Shown here one piece after another: positions 40,168 through 52,260 of a stretch of 64,000 nucleotides of DNA. Position 1 is the stretch's first letter; the number at the start of each line of letters is the position of its first letter. The stretch comes from the human T2T-CHM13v2.0 reference genome, Homo sapiens: NCBI RefSeq assembly GCF_009914755.1, contig NC_060925.1, one strand, 5' to 3'. The notes under the pieces are model-generated. The model worked only from the letters and a program-made list of their open reading frames with translations, searched no databases and was not told the origin of the DNA. Position numbers and translations under genes: made by a program.

Positions 40168-43100
40168 TCAGGGCGGAGACGGAGGGAGCCCCACAGGGCT
40201 GTGCTGAAGTGTGGCTCTGGCCAGGGCAGCGGGCACAGACGCCAGTCGCGATGCCATCTTGGTGGGGGCAGGTCAGGGGGCAGGGACTGTCCATCCTGGG
40301 TGCTCCCTCCGGCCGCCGACAGGGGAGGTGGGGGTCCTCCGTGTCCACGGCCTCTGACGCCCCCGCCCCCTTCTGAGTCCACCCCAGCGCCAGGGAGCCC
40401 AGCGCTTTGCAGTGGGAAGGGTCTCCCATCAGCAGCCCCCGTCAGCCGAGGCACTCGCTTCCAGGGTAGGGCCGGGACCGGGGCCCTGGCCGGAGAGGCT
40501 GGCGCTCAACAGTACAGCTGTGTGCCCTCCTCGGAGCGCAGCATGAGGAGGAAGATGGTTCTGCCCCAGCGGCCCATCAAGATGGACCTGGCGTCAGGAC
40601 CCGTTCTCCACAGGCGTGGAGGGAGACACCGAGGGTGGCTGCGAGTCCCTCCACGTGGCGGCAGACCCCAGGTCCTCGGGCATCAGAGGCGGGTGTGGGC
40701 GGGCTCAGCCTGTGCATCCCTCAGTGGGACCCCTGCAGGCCCTTGCCCAACCTAGCTTTTTCCAGCCCCTCTCCCGGGGTCCCAGGGTGCGAGGTATGGG
40801 GGCTCCCCTCTGGCTTCCCCCACGCACAGATGGAGCTGCAGCCCCCAGGGCCCACCCTGCTGTCTCTTTTACAAGGATGGTCAGTGGCTGAGCCTGAAGG
40901 AGATAACTTCAGTGCAGCCCCTCCACACACACACATCAGAGCCCACGTTCCTACGAGCAGCTCGGAGCTGTCCTGACACCGCTGCCCCGAGGGCCCCCCA
41001 CTTGCACACACCACTGGGAGGAGGTGCTAGCAGGAGGCCACGGGATGTGGTGAGGGCTGGAGGTCGGCACCAGAGCTGGCTGGACAGGGGAGTTCTGAGA
41101 GGGAGGCAGGGGCTGGGGCGGTGGCTTTAGGGCCACAGATGAGTGTCCCCACCAGGCAGTGACACCATCAAAAAAACAGAAGAGACCCAGCTCCAGGATG
41201 GATAGAAGGGTGGAGCCAAGACAGTGCCCAGGAGGGAAGGAGGAGTCAGGGGCTGCTGAGGGGTGCACAGGAGGCTGGGTCTGTTTGGGCTCAGCTTCAT
41301 TTGAGGCCAGAGCCCAGGAGGCGGGACCCTCACATGGGGCCCCGGGGCAGCCCCCTCTGTGGGGCTCTGAGTGAGTGGAGGGGCGCTGGATAGGACCTTG
41401 GGGCTGGAGGCATTAATGTCCCTTTCCCGGAGCCCAGCTTCTGTAGGGAGCGACAGAGACGCTAGGGAGAGCCAGCCTCAGAAATATTTCCAAATTACAG
41501 GTGGGAGAATTATCTCTCTCAGAGGTGTCTTAATTTAATCATTATGGTGCATTATAGAGAGAAAGTCTTCCCTTCTGCAAGGACACTCTTTAACTGACAT
41601 CCTTCTCCCAGCAGCTTTTGCTGGCCCGGCACTATTTACGTCCGGGGCAATGGCTGGGAGCTGCACTGCTGACGGCATAATTTCCATTTCTTAACGCACC
41701 GATGGTTTCCACGTGGACTGCACTGGAGCTAACTTGGACTGCGTCTTTTATCGACACCCCCTGGACAATAAAGACACCAGCTCTGTATCCTAATCATGCG
41801 GACACCCTCACCCTCGGCAAGGTGACCGCTCCAGAGTGGGCCCAGATCCCGAGCCCCAAGTACACATGGTTCACACGGTGGCGGGGGCTTCAGACCTCCA
41901 CCTGCCACGTGCCATTTGCAGGGGCAAGGTGGGAGTTTAGAAAAGGTATTTTTAGAAGCCCAGCAGGCATTCCTGGCGTGCAAATAAACATATATCCACA
42001 TGGAGCCTGGAGGGTGTCTGCATCGCTGAGGCTTGGGGGTTCTGACCAAGCTGTTTGAAGAGCCTCCTTTGCCTGGTGATCACAATGGCTGGTGCCAGGC
42101 ACCTTCAGGCAGGTTCTCACGACATCCCTGCTCTCCTCAGAGTAAAGGCTGTCGTGACTGTCCCTGGCTGATCAGCAGCCGAGGCTCAGCCAGGTAAAGG
42201 GAGCCCTCCCTGCGCAGCACAAACAGAAATTAACGGCTTTCAGTTCAGCAGGAAGAGGACAGAGGACACCAGGGCCTATAAAGCCGGGTTCCTTGAGCCT
42301 GTGTGGGTTTGACACGTGGGGTCCCCTGGAGGTGCAGGCAGAAGCTCTCCTCTGTGCGGTCCCTGTCCAAGAGTGAAGAGGAGGCCCTCCGGGTTGGCCA
42401 AGACGCTTTTTGTTGCAAGCGAGAGAAACGAGAAATGGTGAAAAGCGGAAGGGGAGGGTCGTCCCCAGCCTTGGCCTCAGAGGAGCCTTCTAGATCCCAG
42501 CGCATCTGGACCAGGAGCCCACACCGTGTGTCTTTCTTCTGGATGTCACCTCCCCCTCCCTCAGGCTCTTACCGCCGCATGGCACGGGTCCACGGAGGGG
42601 GCGTTTCTGCTGCCACACGGTGGGGACTGCCTGACCATGAGAGACAGCGGTCCACCTCTGCCATGCACTCCCTGAGTCGGGGCTGCAGGCTGACCGCAGC
42701 GGCCCCTGGGTCCTGGCTGTGACCGCCTTTCCCGAGGCCGGCACCGCACCCGCCAGGTGCTCAAGCTGAAAGTTGGGGGTCAGCCTCGTTGCCCCTGCAC
42801 CATATCCTGTGCACCCACAATTTCTGCAGCTGCAGCAACAAGGCTGACATCAAAGCTGCCTTCAAAACATATCTGTACCTGGACCCCCAAGGCTCCCCAC
42901 TGCCCTGCCACACCCCCGCCAGGCCCCAGTGTCTCCCACCGAGTCGCTGGCACTGCCCTCAGCTGCAGCCTAACTCCTGGGTCCCCCTCGCCCTTCAGTC
43001 CATTGTTTACACGGGACCCTCACACGGAAGCCAGGTCAGTCCCTCCCTTGCCGAGGGCCCGGAGCTCAGCCCAGCCTGGCCCCGGCCTGATGCTGGGCCA

Positions 43101-43979
43101 GAAACACCACACAAGCTTGCGCATCCCCTAAAGAAAACGAGGGCACGGGAAGGCCCAGCCAAAGTGTCCTGCGGGGCTGCTCCCCGTGGAGCACGGCTTG
43201 GAATCCCTCGGCCGCTCCTGCTCAGGGCACCCTCTGTGCAGACACAGGCGCCTCCGCCGCGCGGCTTCTCCGTGTTTGCTGAAGACGCAGGTTTTCCAAG
43301 GCTGCGCCTGGGCTCTGCCGCTGACATCAGGGTGGCCCTGGCCTGAGCCCCCACTTGTCCCCCGGTGTCATCGGCTACAGATGGCCACTGTCCCCACAGG
43401 CCCTGTTTCCTCCTGCCCCTGGGCCCTCCGGGAGACCTCGGAGGCTGCTGTCCCTGGGGTAGGCTTGCCCCTCCTCTGTTCACACCCCTCTTTGGGTGGT
43501 CACCTCGCTTCCCATGGACACAAGCACCACGTTCAGCCAGATGACCTCTCACCTGCCTCCTCAGGGGCCACACACCCAGCCCTGGCGGCCAGCAGCCCCC
43601 TCATGCTGTGTCCTGCGCATCCCACTCCCTGCAGACACCAGAGCAGACCTGAGTCCCTCCTCCAGCTCAGCCTCCCCTTGCTGAGGGGCCTGCCCTGCCC
43701 CTGGCCACTGACTCCTCCCCTCGCTCCATGACACCCCTCCACCCACACAAGTCTCCCCAAACTTCTCGGATCCTCCTTGTGGGCACCTCCTTGGCTGCAG
43801 TCCTGGGGTCTGGGCCATCATCTGTGGCTCGGAGGACTGCAGTGGGTCCCTAGGCCTCCAGCACCCCTGGTCCTGTCGCCCACTGCTTGTGTCCAGCACA
43901 TGGAGGACTCAAGGCAGCAGGTGGACCTTGTCACTCACCGGCTCCACGTGGCCAGAGGCTTTTCCTGCATTGTGAGCAT

Positions 43980-44212
43980 AGGCCACCACACAGGCCACGA
44001 CGGGCCACCACACAGGACACCAGACTGCCACACAGGCCACGGCGAGGGCCGCCACACAGGCCACCACGCAGGGCACGATGAGGGCCGCCATACAGGCTGC
44101 CACACAGGCCATGATGTGAGGCTGCCACACAGGCTACCATACAAAGGCCACGACCTGTGGCCGCCACACAGACGGCCACATAGGCCATGGCAAGGGCTGC
44201 CACACAAGCCAA
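43980..44212. repeat. degenerate minisatellite built on gcc(a/g)ccacacaggcca
   Basis: roughly a dozen cca(c/t)acag cores, variably spaced. Confidence 0.75.
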
Positions 44213-44693
44213 AACATGGGGCCCATAGTGCAGACCGTGATACCAGCCACGAGACCACGACGCGGGCTGTCCTACGGTCCTCTCCTCCTTGCACGTCTCC
44301 ACCCGGCCCCTCTGGCCCTGGCACTGCTACTCGTCTGGTGCAGGCTGGCCTTGCCCTTCTGTCCCGGTCCCCACACCACCTCGGTCTGGTGGCTCCTCCC
44401 GACGGAGCCTCTCCCAGCCCTGCTGTGTCCCACCTGTTGCCTGCTGCCCAGCTTCCCCTTTGTGGATCTGTCCCCAGCAGAGCACACTTCCCTGTCTTGT
44501 CCCCAGCGGTCCCCAACTGGTCCTGGGCATGCTGCTGACCGTGCGATGGCCAGGTGCCTGGCCGAGCCAACTTGCTGGTCACAGTGTACCTGCCCCCCAA
44601 CATCACCCCCTTCCTGGGCATCACCCTGCTCATGCCCCCGTCTGCAAACTTGCTCCCATTAGGCCAAACCACTGAAAAGAAAAGGCTAAAAGG

Positions 44694-45194
<501 letters not shown>

Positions 45195-46102
45195 TCATCA
45201 AACTCTGGGCTCCACGGGCCCCAGAGGAACCATTCGTGATGGAGAGTGAGGGTCCCCGGCAGTGTCTGGGGCACTTCCCGAGCCAAGGCCATGCTTGTCA
45301 CCTCCTGGCAGGCATGCCCCTCCCCAGCTCTCAGGAGTGCCTTCCAAGCCTTTATGCCAGTTTTAATGACATCAGTTACAGCTTTATAAGCAAGATAAAG
45401 GTCACCGTACGACCTCGGGGGCCTCGGGAACCGAGAGGCTGAGCCAGCCCGGGACGGGATCGGGCAGCTTGACCGCTCTGGAGGGAAATTCCAATTCATT
45501 ATCTTTTTACGGCGGACTCAATTAGACTCCCTAGTCACCTGTGTAGGGCACCAGGCAGCAGGCAGGGATGCTGCCCGAATCAACAAGGCTGCTCGGGCCA
45601 GGCCAGCCCCAAGAATAGCCGCGGCAGGCGCAGGACCTGGCCAGGGGGAGGGCAGGCCGAAGCAGAAACGTTGACTTCGTTTAAGTGGATTAAAAACATA
45701 AAACGTTATTGGCCCTAAGGGGACGAGAACAGTCTCGTTTGGAGGTGACCAGACACAGGGCATTAGTCTTTAAGAGTCCATCAGTCAGCCGAGAAGCGCG
45801 GCTCATTAGAGACGCAGGGTGGGGCCTGGAGAAGTCAGCGGGAACACGCGGGGGCACACAAGACACATGGGGGGCCTCTCGGACTCCCCTGCTGTCCCCA
45901 GCCCCGGGCTTCGTCCTCACCTCCCTCACCCTTCTCACCTCCCACACCGCAGACATGGCTCTGCTGACCCAAGCCACCCAAGATCCACGAGGAGGTGTAG
46001 GCTGGGCCAGCACTGTGCCTGGCCTCCCTCAGCAGAGCCAGCATGGGCCCTAGCACTGTCACCGAGAAGGGACCTGGGCTGGCCTTTCCTTTGCCTTTTT
46101 AA

Positions 46103-46306
46103 ATATTTTATTTTATTTTATATTTTATTTTATTTTATTTTATTTTATTTTATTTTATTTTATTTATTTTATTTTATTTTATTTTATTTTAATCATAGAG
46201 ATGGGGCCTCCCTTTGTGGCCCAGGCTGGCCTTGAACTCCTGAGTTCAAGCAATCCTCCCGCCTCAGCCTCCCAAAGTGCTGGGATCACGGGCGTGGCCC
46301 CGCGCC
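46103..46306 (-). mobile_element. Alu left monomer/FLAM with (TTTTA)n tail
   Basis: (atttt)n at 46105-46190, then agagatggggcctccc...cctcccaaagtgctgggatcacgggcgtg. Confidence 0.88.
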
Positions 46307-48187
46307 AGCTCCCCTGCCTTTCCTGAGGCATAGAAAATGCGCTTGACCCTAAGCCTCCATCTCCAGTAGCCTCCATCCTTCCTGAACGTTCAGAAAATAA
46401 AAGACACTCCAGAGCTCCTGGGGCCTGGGCCGTCGTGGCTGCTCCTGCGTATTTGGCAAGCATGATGCTGACGTTTCTCCACTGCTGCCTTCAGACCTGC
46501 CTCTGGGACCTGCGGGCACCTCTGCTGGTAAAGCTGCCAAGACAGGACTGCTCTGGGCTCTCTCCGTGCCCGCCCGCTCCTCGCCTCCAGGAGCCCCCCA
46601 CAAAGCTGTCTGTGTAGCTGCCAGAGCCGCTGGGCCCTGTGACAGAGCCGCCGGGCCCTGGGGATGACGCTGCGGGGCACCAGCCCTGCCGGGGCCAGGC
46701 GGGTGCCGTTCCAGCCAGGCGGGTGTGGGGCAGGCCCCTCATCTTGCTCCTGATCCTCTGGGGGTGCTGTGCTGAGCAGCAGTGGCCCCTCGAGGACTGA
46801 GACTCGGGCCTGGGGGCCTGGCCAAGGTCCGGGGCTCCCTGCGGCTGCTGTCCTCAGGGTTCTCCTCACCTCCACTGCATTCCCACGAGCTGTTCTGAAG
46901 CTTTCCTGGGGAGGACAGGCCAGGAGCCACCCTGCCACAGCTGTCCTGGGCTCTCAGATAGACAGAGGCCTCGCGGAGCCTTGGAAGCAGCTTCACAGGG
47001 TGGCAGGAGGACGCACAGCCGCAGAGGCCAGCTTTCCCGGGGACTGGCTGCCTCCCCAGGCTTCTAAACACCATGGCACCCGCCTCTGGCTTGGGGTTTG
47101 GACTTCTTTTAGCAAAACGATGAACAATCCACGGCCCCATTCTTCCGGAAGAGAATGGAGGAAACCGTGGTCCCATGTCTGCTGGGCGGGATTCCCGTAG
47201 GCCTCCCCTGCTGCCAGCTGTGGGGGTGACTGAGGCGGGACTGGGCCTGGGGCTGGGGCCAGGGGCAGGGTGGGGTGGGGGTGGGACAACTTCCCTGGGA
47301 CCTCCTTCCCGGCCATCGGCCTTCTTTCCCATCTGGAGCAGGAGAGAAAGGAGTGTGGGAGGGCCTGGTCCAGACCCACCAGAATCAGGCCACAAATGCC
47401 CTACAAAGCAGAGAATGTGAGTCCCCACAGCCACGGCTGAGGAGGATGTCCAGGGGCACTGCCCTCAGGCGGCCTTAGGGGCCCTTCTTGCGAGAGCGGC
47501 ATCACCTGAGGGCTGGGCGTGGCCAGGCACAAGGGGCTGGCGGGCCTGGGAGGGATCTGCAGGGCAGGTTGAGACATGGTTCTGAAGCCAGGCAGCTGCT
47601 CCCCAGAAGCTCCGGTGAGCACACTCGACAAGGTGGTGCGGCGAGCTGGCTCCGAGCGTCCCCCACAGGGCCACATTCTCACTATTGGGGTGGCAGGAAG
47701 GCCCAGCGACCAGGAGCATGTGTGGGGTCTGGGAAAGGCCTGGGGGACGGGGTGTGGGGTGCAGGAGCCCCAAGGCCGATGCTGGTGAGGAGGCCAGGAG
47801 CGGGGACCGCACAGACGGCAGTTCCTCTGGAGGGGGGTCCCGTGTGGGCCGGGCTGTGCAAAGGACACACTGGTCCCTGCTGGCCTCTCAGGGCAAGCGT
47901 GAGGACCCTGGCCTGCTCCGGCCTCCTTCCCTGGGGGCCTCGTCCCTGCGCTGCACAGATGGGGCCCGGCCGCCCCAGTGGGAAGGGAAAGGGGGAGCGC
48001 TGTGCCAACTCACAGGCTCTACGAGCCACAACAGCCGCCTGCAGAGCCTGGGGGCAGGGCTGAAGCTGGCCATGGAGGACCTTGGGGGCCACCTCCACCT
48101 TCCAGCAGCAAATGCCAAGTCCCCGAATGCAGAATTCTGCCAGAGGGAGCATGACCGTCTCTCTGTTGGCACAAAGCGAGAGCATCA

Positions 48188-48470
48188 AAGACAGCGTCAG
48201 CCCCCGCGAGGGTCCACGCATGCTCACACTCTGCGCTCATGGATGGCCACACACACCCTGAAAACGGCGTCAGCCTCCGGGAGGGTCCACGCGTGCTCAC
48301 AGCACTCATAGATGACCATATGTGCCCCGAAGACAGTGTCAGCCTCCAGGAGGGTCCACGCGTGCTCACGCTCTACGCTCATGGATGGCCACATGTGCCC
48401 CGAAGACAACGTCAGCCCCCGCGAGGGTCCACGTGTGCTCACCTGCGCTCATGGATGGCCACATGTGCCC
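48188..48470. repeat. 69-73-bp minisatellite, 4 copies
   Basis: gagggtccac anchors at 48208, 48281, 48350, 48423. Confidence 0.9.
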
Positions 48471-49004
48471 GCACCCTCGCACAGGCATGGGCGGTCCCCA
48501 GGCTGCCACACTCAGGGTCTGTCTGTGCCCCGGCACCTCCAAGCCATTCCTTCCACCAGGCCAGGGCCAGGCCTGGACACCTGCCACCTACCACCCGCTG
48601 GGGCAGCAGCCACGCACTCCCCCACTGCTCCCTGTTGGCGGCCAGGCATGGGCCGGCCTTGTTGGGGGACACAGGACAATTCGGGGCACTTGTCTTGCCT
48701 CCGTCCTCCTTGGAGAGCCTCGGGCTCACCCTACGTGGCTCTGAACAACAAGGGCCAGGCTCTGCACCGGGGGACCCCCTGCCCTGCCAGCCGGACCCTC
48801 AGGCCGCTCAGAGGGCCAGTCCCAGCACCTGTCCCTCGCCAGTGGACACAGGCTGCCGGCAGCATTGCTACTGACCAGAGACGGAGACGAAGGCACCCTA
48901 GCCGGCAACATAGGGGCTCTGTGTCCCAGGGTCTCCTCGAGGAACAGAAACTGTGCCCTGAGGGCCTAGGGCCAGGCTGCGGTGAGCAGCTCTGACCCCA
49001 GGTG

Positions 49005-49531
49005 CCTGGGTGCCCATGCCAGCCAAGCTCACGCCAGCAGAGTCACTGTTCACAGGCCCTGCCAGGGGAAAGCAAGAGCACACACACAGCCACATGTATG
49101 CGGCCACACACACACACACACACACAGATGTTTGCTCTTATCTCTATGACGCACACCCCGAGCTCACACGCCCCAGGCCCATGGGTTCTATCTTGTCTCC
49201 CCTTTTCCACGTCTGCCAAAGATGCAGCCTGCATCTGTGATGAGACCTCAGACAAAGCCACCAGGAACCTTCCTCAGACAAAGCCACCAGGAACCTTCCT
49301 CAGACAAAGCCACCAGGGAACCTTCCTCAGACAAAGCCACCAGGAACCTTCCTCACACAAAGCCACCAGGGAACCTTCCTCACACAAAGCCACCAGGAAC
49401 CTTCCTCAGACAAAGCCACCAGGGAACCTTCCTCAGACAAAGCCACCAGGGAACCTTCCCTGAAAGGCCTGGCCTGAAAGCTTCACAGACGCCAGGGTGC
49501 CCGCAGTCAGGGAAAGGCCCCGGAAGGTTCC
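49005..49531. mobile_element. ancient L1MC-like 3' relic in two orientations (49005-49210 minus, 49213-49531 plus)
   Basis: homology to the relic at 51060-52260, part direct and part inverted; family name from recalled L1MC3/4 3'-end consensus. Confidence 0.6.
49246..49459. repeat. 26/27-bp VNTR, 8 copies (cctca[g/c]acaaagccaccag[g]gaacctt)
   Basis: caaagccacc at 49253, 49279, 49305, 49332, 49358, 49385, 49411, 49438. Confidence 0.95.
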
Positions 49532-49620
49532 CAAGTGCTGGGAGGCTGAGGCAGGAGGATCACTTGAGCCCAGGAGTTTGAGGATTACAGGGACCTCACC
49601 TGGCCTCGAGATACATTTTA

Positions 49621-49991
<371 letters not shown>

Positions 49992-50250
49992 TAAGAAGGG
50001 TGTTTGGGTGCATCCTCAGCCCCTCAGGGTGTTCCAGCCCCCAGCTGGTCCGAGTACCGAGGCTCCTGCCGGTCACCCCTGCTGGGGTCTGCCCTGGGGA
50101 GCAGGAGCTGTCCTCCTAGTCTGGGTGGGGCCCAGCTCTCCCTGCCCACCCCCGGCCCAGCTCCCACTAGCCCTGAAGGCCACCGTCCCGCTGGCCAGGG
50201 CTGGACTGGTGTGGGTGCTCCCTTCCTCCTAGGAGAGGGACTCCTGGGTC

Positions 50251-50345
50251 CTTCTTGGGAGATAGGGAGCTTCTTGGGACATGGGGACTCTTGGGAGATG
50301 GGGAACTTCTTGGGAGATGGGGAGCTCTTGGGAGATGGGGAACTC
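50251..50345. repeat. ~18-19-bp degenerate tandem repeat, 5 copies (tcttgggagatgggga..)
   Basis: directly visible. Confidence 0.8.
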
Positions 50346-51059
50346 AAAGCACCCTACCCAGCTGCACTCTTGGCCCCATGGCCCCAGGACCTGGGATGCC
50401 GCCCCCACACAGCTTTGCTGGGGGAGGTGGTTTCCCACTTAGAGTGGCAGGGGGCACGTCCCCTTGGGGCAGCTGGTGGCCAGTCTGAGTCTGTTCAGAG
50501 GCTGCGACTGTGTGCCAGTGCCAAAGCGCCTCTAGAAAGGAAAGAATCTAATGTGCCACGAAGGCTCCATCCCCAGCTGCAGGTGGCAGATGGCCCGTGT
50601 GTGTGCTGTGTGGCTGCGGCTGCCCCCTACCCCCGATCACCCATCCCGAAGCAGGGTATGGGGCACTCCATGGAGGGCACTGGTCAGGCACAGGCTGTCT
50701 CCAGGGGACACCAGGGAGGAGGATCCCGAGTGGCTGAGACCCTGGCATCTGCAGAGGCGCCCCCAGGCCCACACACCCCATGACCTTAGGGGTCTAGGCC
50801 ATTGCTGGACAGGCCCCAGATGACTTAGAACCACCAGGCCAGCTGCTGGCCCCATAGTCTCGGTGCAGGGGGGACGGGGCCACGCAGGTGTCCTCCCCAC
50901 CGTGGCTGCCCGTGCGATGCTCCCAGTGGCCTCAGGGTTAGGTTCTGACTGCGGGACAGGGAGGTGGACTGCACGGCTGCTGCAGCCTTGAGGCTCCTGC
51001 TCGGCCCCCGCTGCCCCCGTCACCCCCCTGCCACCCTGCGTGCCGGGTGCACAGGTATT

Positions 51060-52260
51060 TTACATTTTGGGGTAAATGTTTAATCAAACATTTACAGAAA
51101 AGTCACAGGTAGAGTACAAAGAATGTTTTCGCTGGGCCATCTGAAAGTCCGCTGCTGAATTTGCTCCTCACTCCACATCCTCGAGTGCATTTTACAAACC
51201 GGGAAGTTTTTCGCCTCACGTAACCCAGCACAGCCGTCCTGGGGCAGGGCACGCCTCGGGGTCAGACCCCAGCCTGGGCTTCCCCGTGGCCCAGTGATGT
51301 CCCTCGCAGGAAGGAGATCAGCCTGGGACCACACATTGCAGCGAGCTCTCATTGTGTCTTCAGTCTCCGTCGGTCTGGAACATTCCCGGGCCTTTCCCTG
51401 ACTGCCATGGTCCTGGCGTCTTCGAAGCTTCCAGGCCAGGCCTTTCAGGGAAGGTTCCCCCGTGTGGCCGTGTCTGAGGTCTCATCACAGAGAGACCCGG
51501 GTTACGCATCTTTGGCAGGAGAGGCATGGATGCGACGCTCATGCCTTTCATGGATGGCTCTGCTCAGCCCACGCTGCCAGGTGGGGCAGGATTTTCACTG
51601 ACCCAGAACCAGTGGAGTCCACCGTGAGGCTGGTGGCGCGTCTCCGTGGGGAGCTGACTCCTCCTCCCTCTGCCCTCCATGGGGGAAGTGCCTCCATCCT
51701 GCCCCAGCCTGGATCCGCCGCTTCTCCAGGGAACCCCGGTTCTTTTCAGACGCGCACCTGGGTACTGTGTCCGCTCCTGCCTGCTGGGGAGCCGCTGCCC
51801 ACGGGCCCTGCCAGAGCCGGAGAGTGCACACACACGCATGCGCACATACGTGCACCTAGGCAGGCACGCACGCACACACGCACCTGCGCAGGCACGCACA
51901 CACGCACGCACACGCACACCTGCGCAGGCACGCACACACACGCACGCGCACGCACACCTGCGCGGGCACGCACACACACGCACGCACACGCACACCTGCG
52001 CGGGCACGCACACACACGCACACCTGCGCAGGCACGCACACACACGCACGCACACGCACTCCTGCGCGGGCACGCACACACACGCACGCACACGCACACC
52101 TGCGCGGGCACGCACAGTCATGTGCACGCACACACAGCCATGTGTACGCAGACATGCACACAAACGCACAGGTTCACTTTCTATGATGCAAACCCCCAGT
52201 CCACACCCGAGTGCCAGCCCACGGGTTCCTTCTTGTCCCCCCTTCTTTGTGTCCACAGGC
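51060..52260 (-). mobile_element. ancient L1MC-like 3' end, GC-shifted, with an internal CA/CG VNTR
   Basis: tttacagaaaagt...gtacaaagaa, gtctggaacattcc, gttacgcatctttggcagga and cttctccagggaaccccggttc resemble the recalled L1MC3/4 3'-end consensus (reverse strand); needs Dfam confirmation. Confidence 0.65.
51825..52170. repeat. alternating purine-pyrimidine VNTR (cacctgcgc[a/g]ggcacgcacacacacgcacgca..), unit ~26-38 bp
   Basis: 7 cctgcgc cores separated by CA/CG dinucleotide runs. Confidence 0.9.

Noticed and set aside
49246-49459. CRISPR-like regular 26/27-bp repeats (also the 38-bp and 70-bp arrays)
   Set aside because: Head-to-tail units with no unique spacers, no cas genes, primate context; these are VNTRs.
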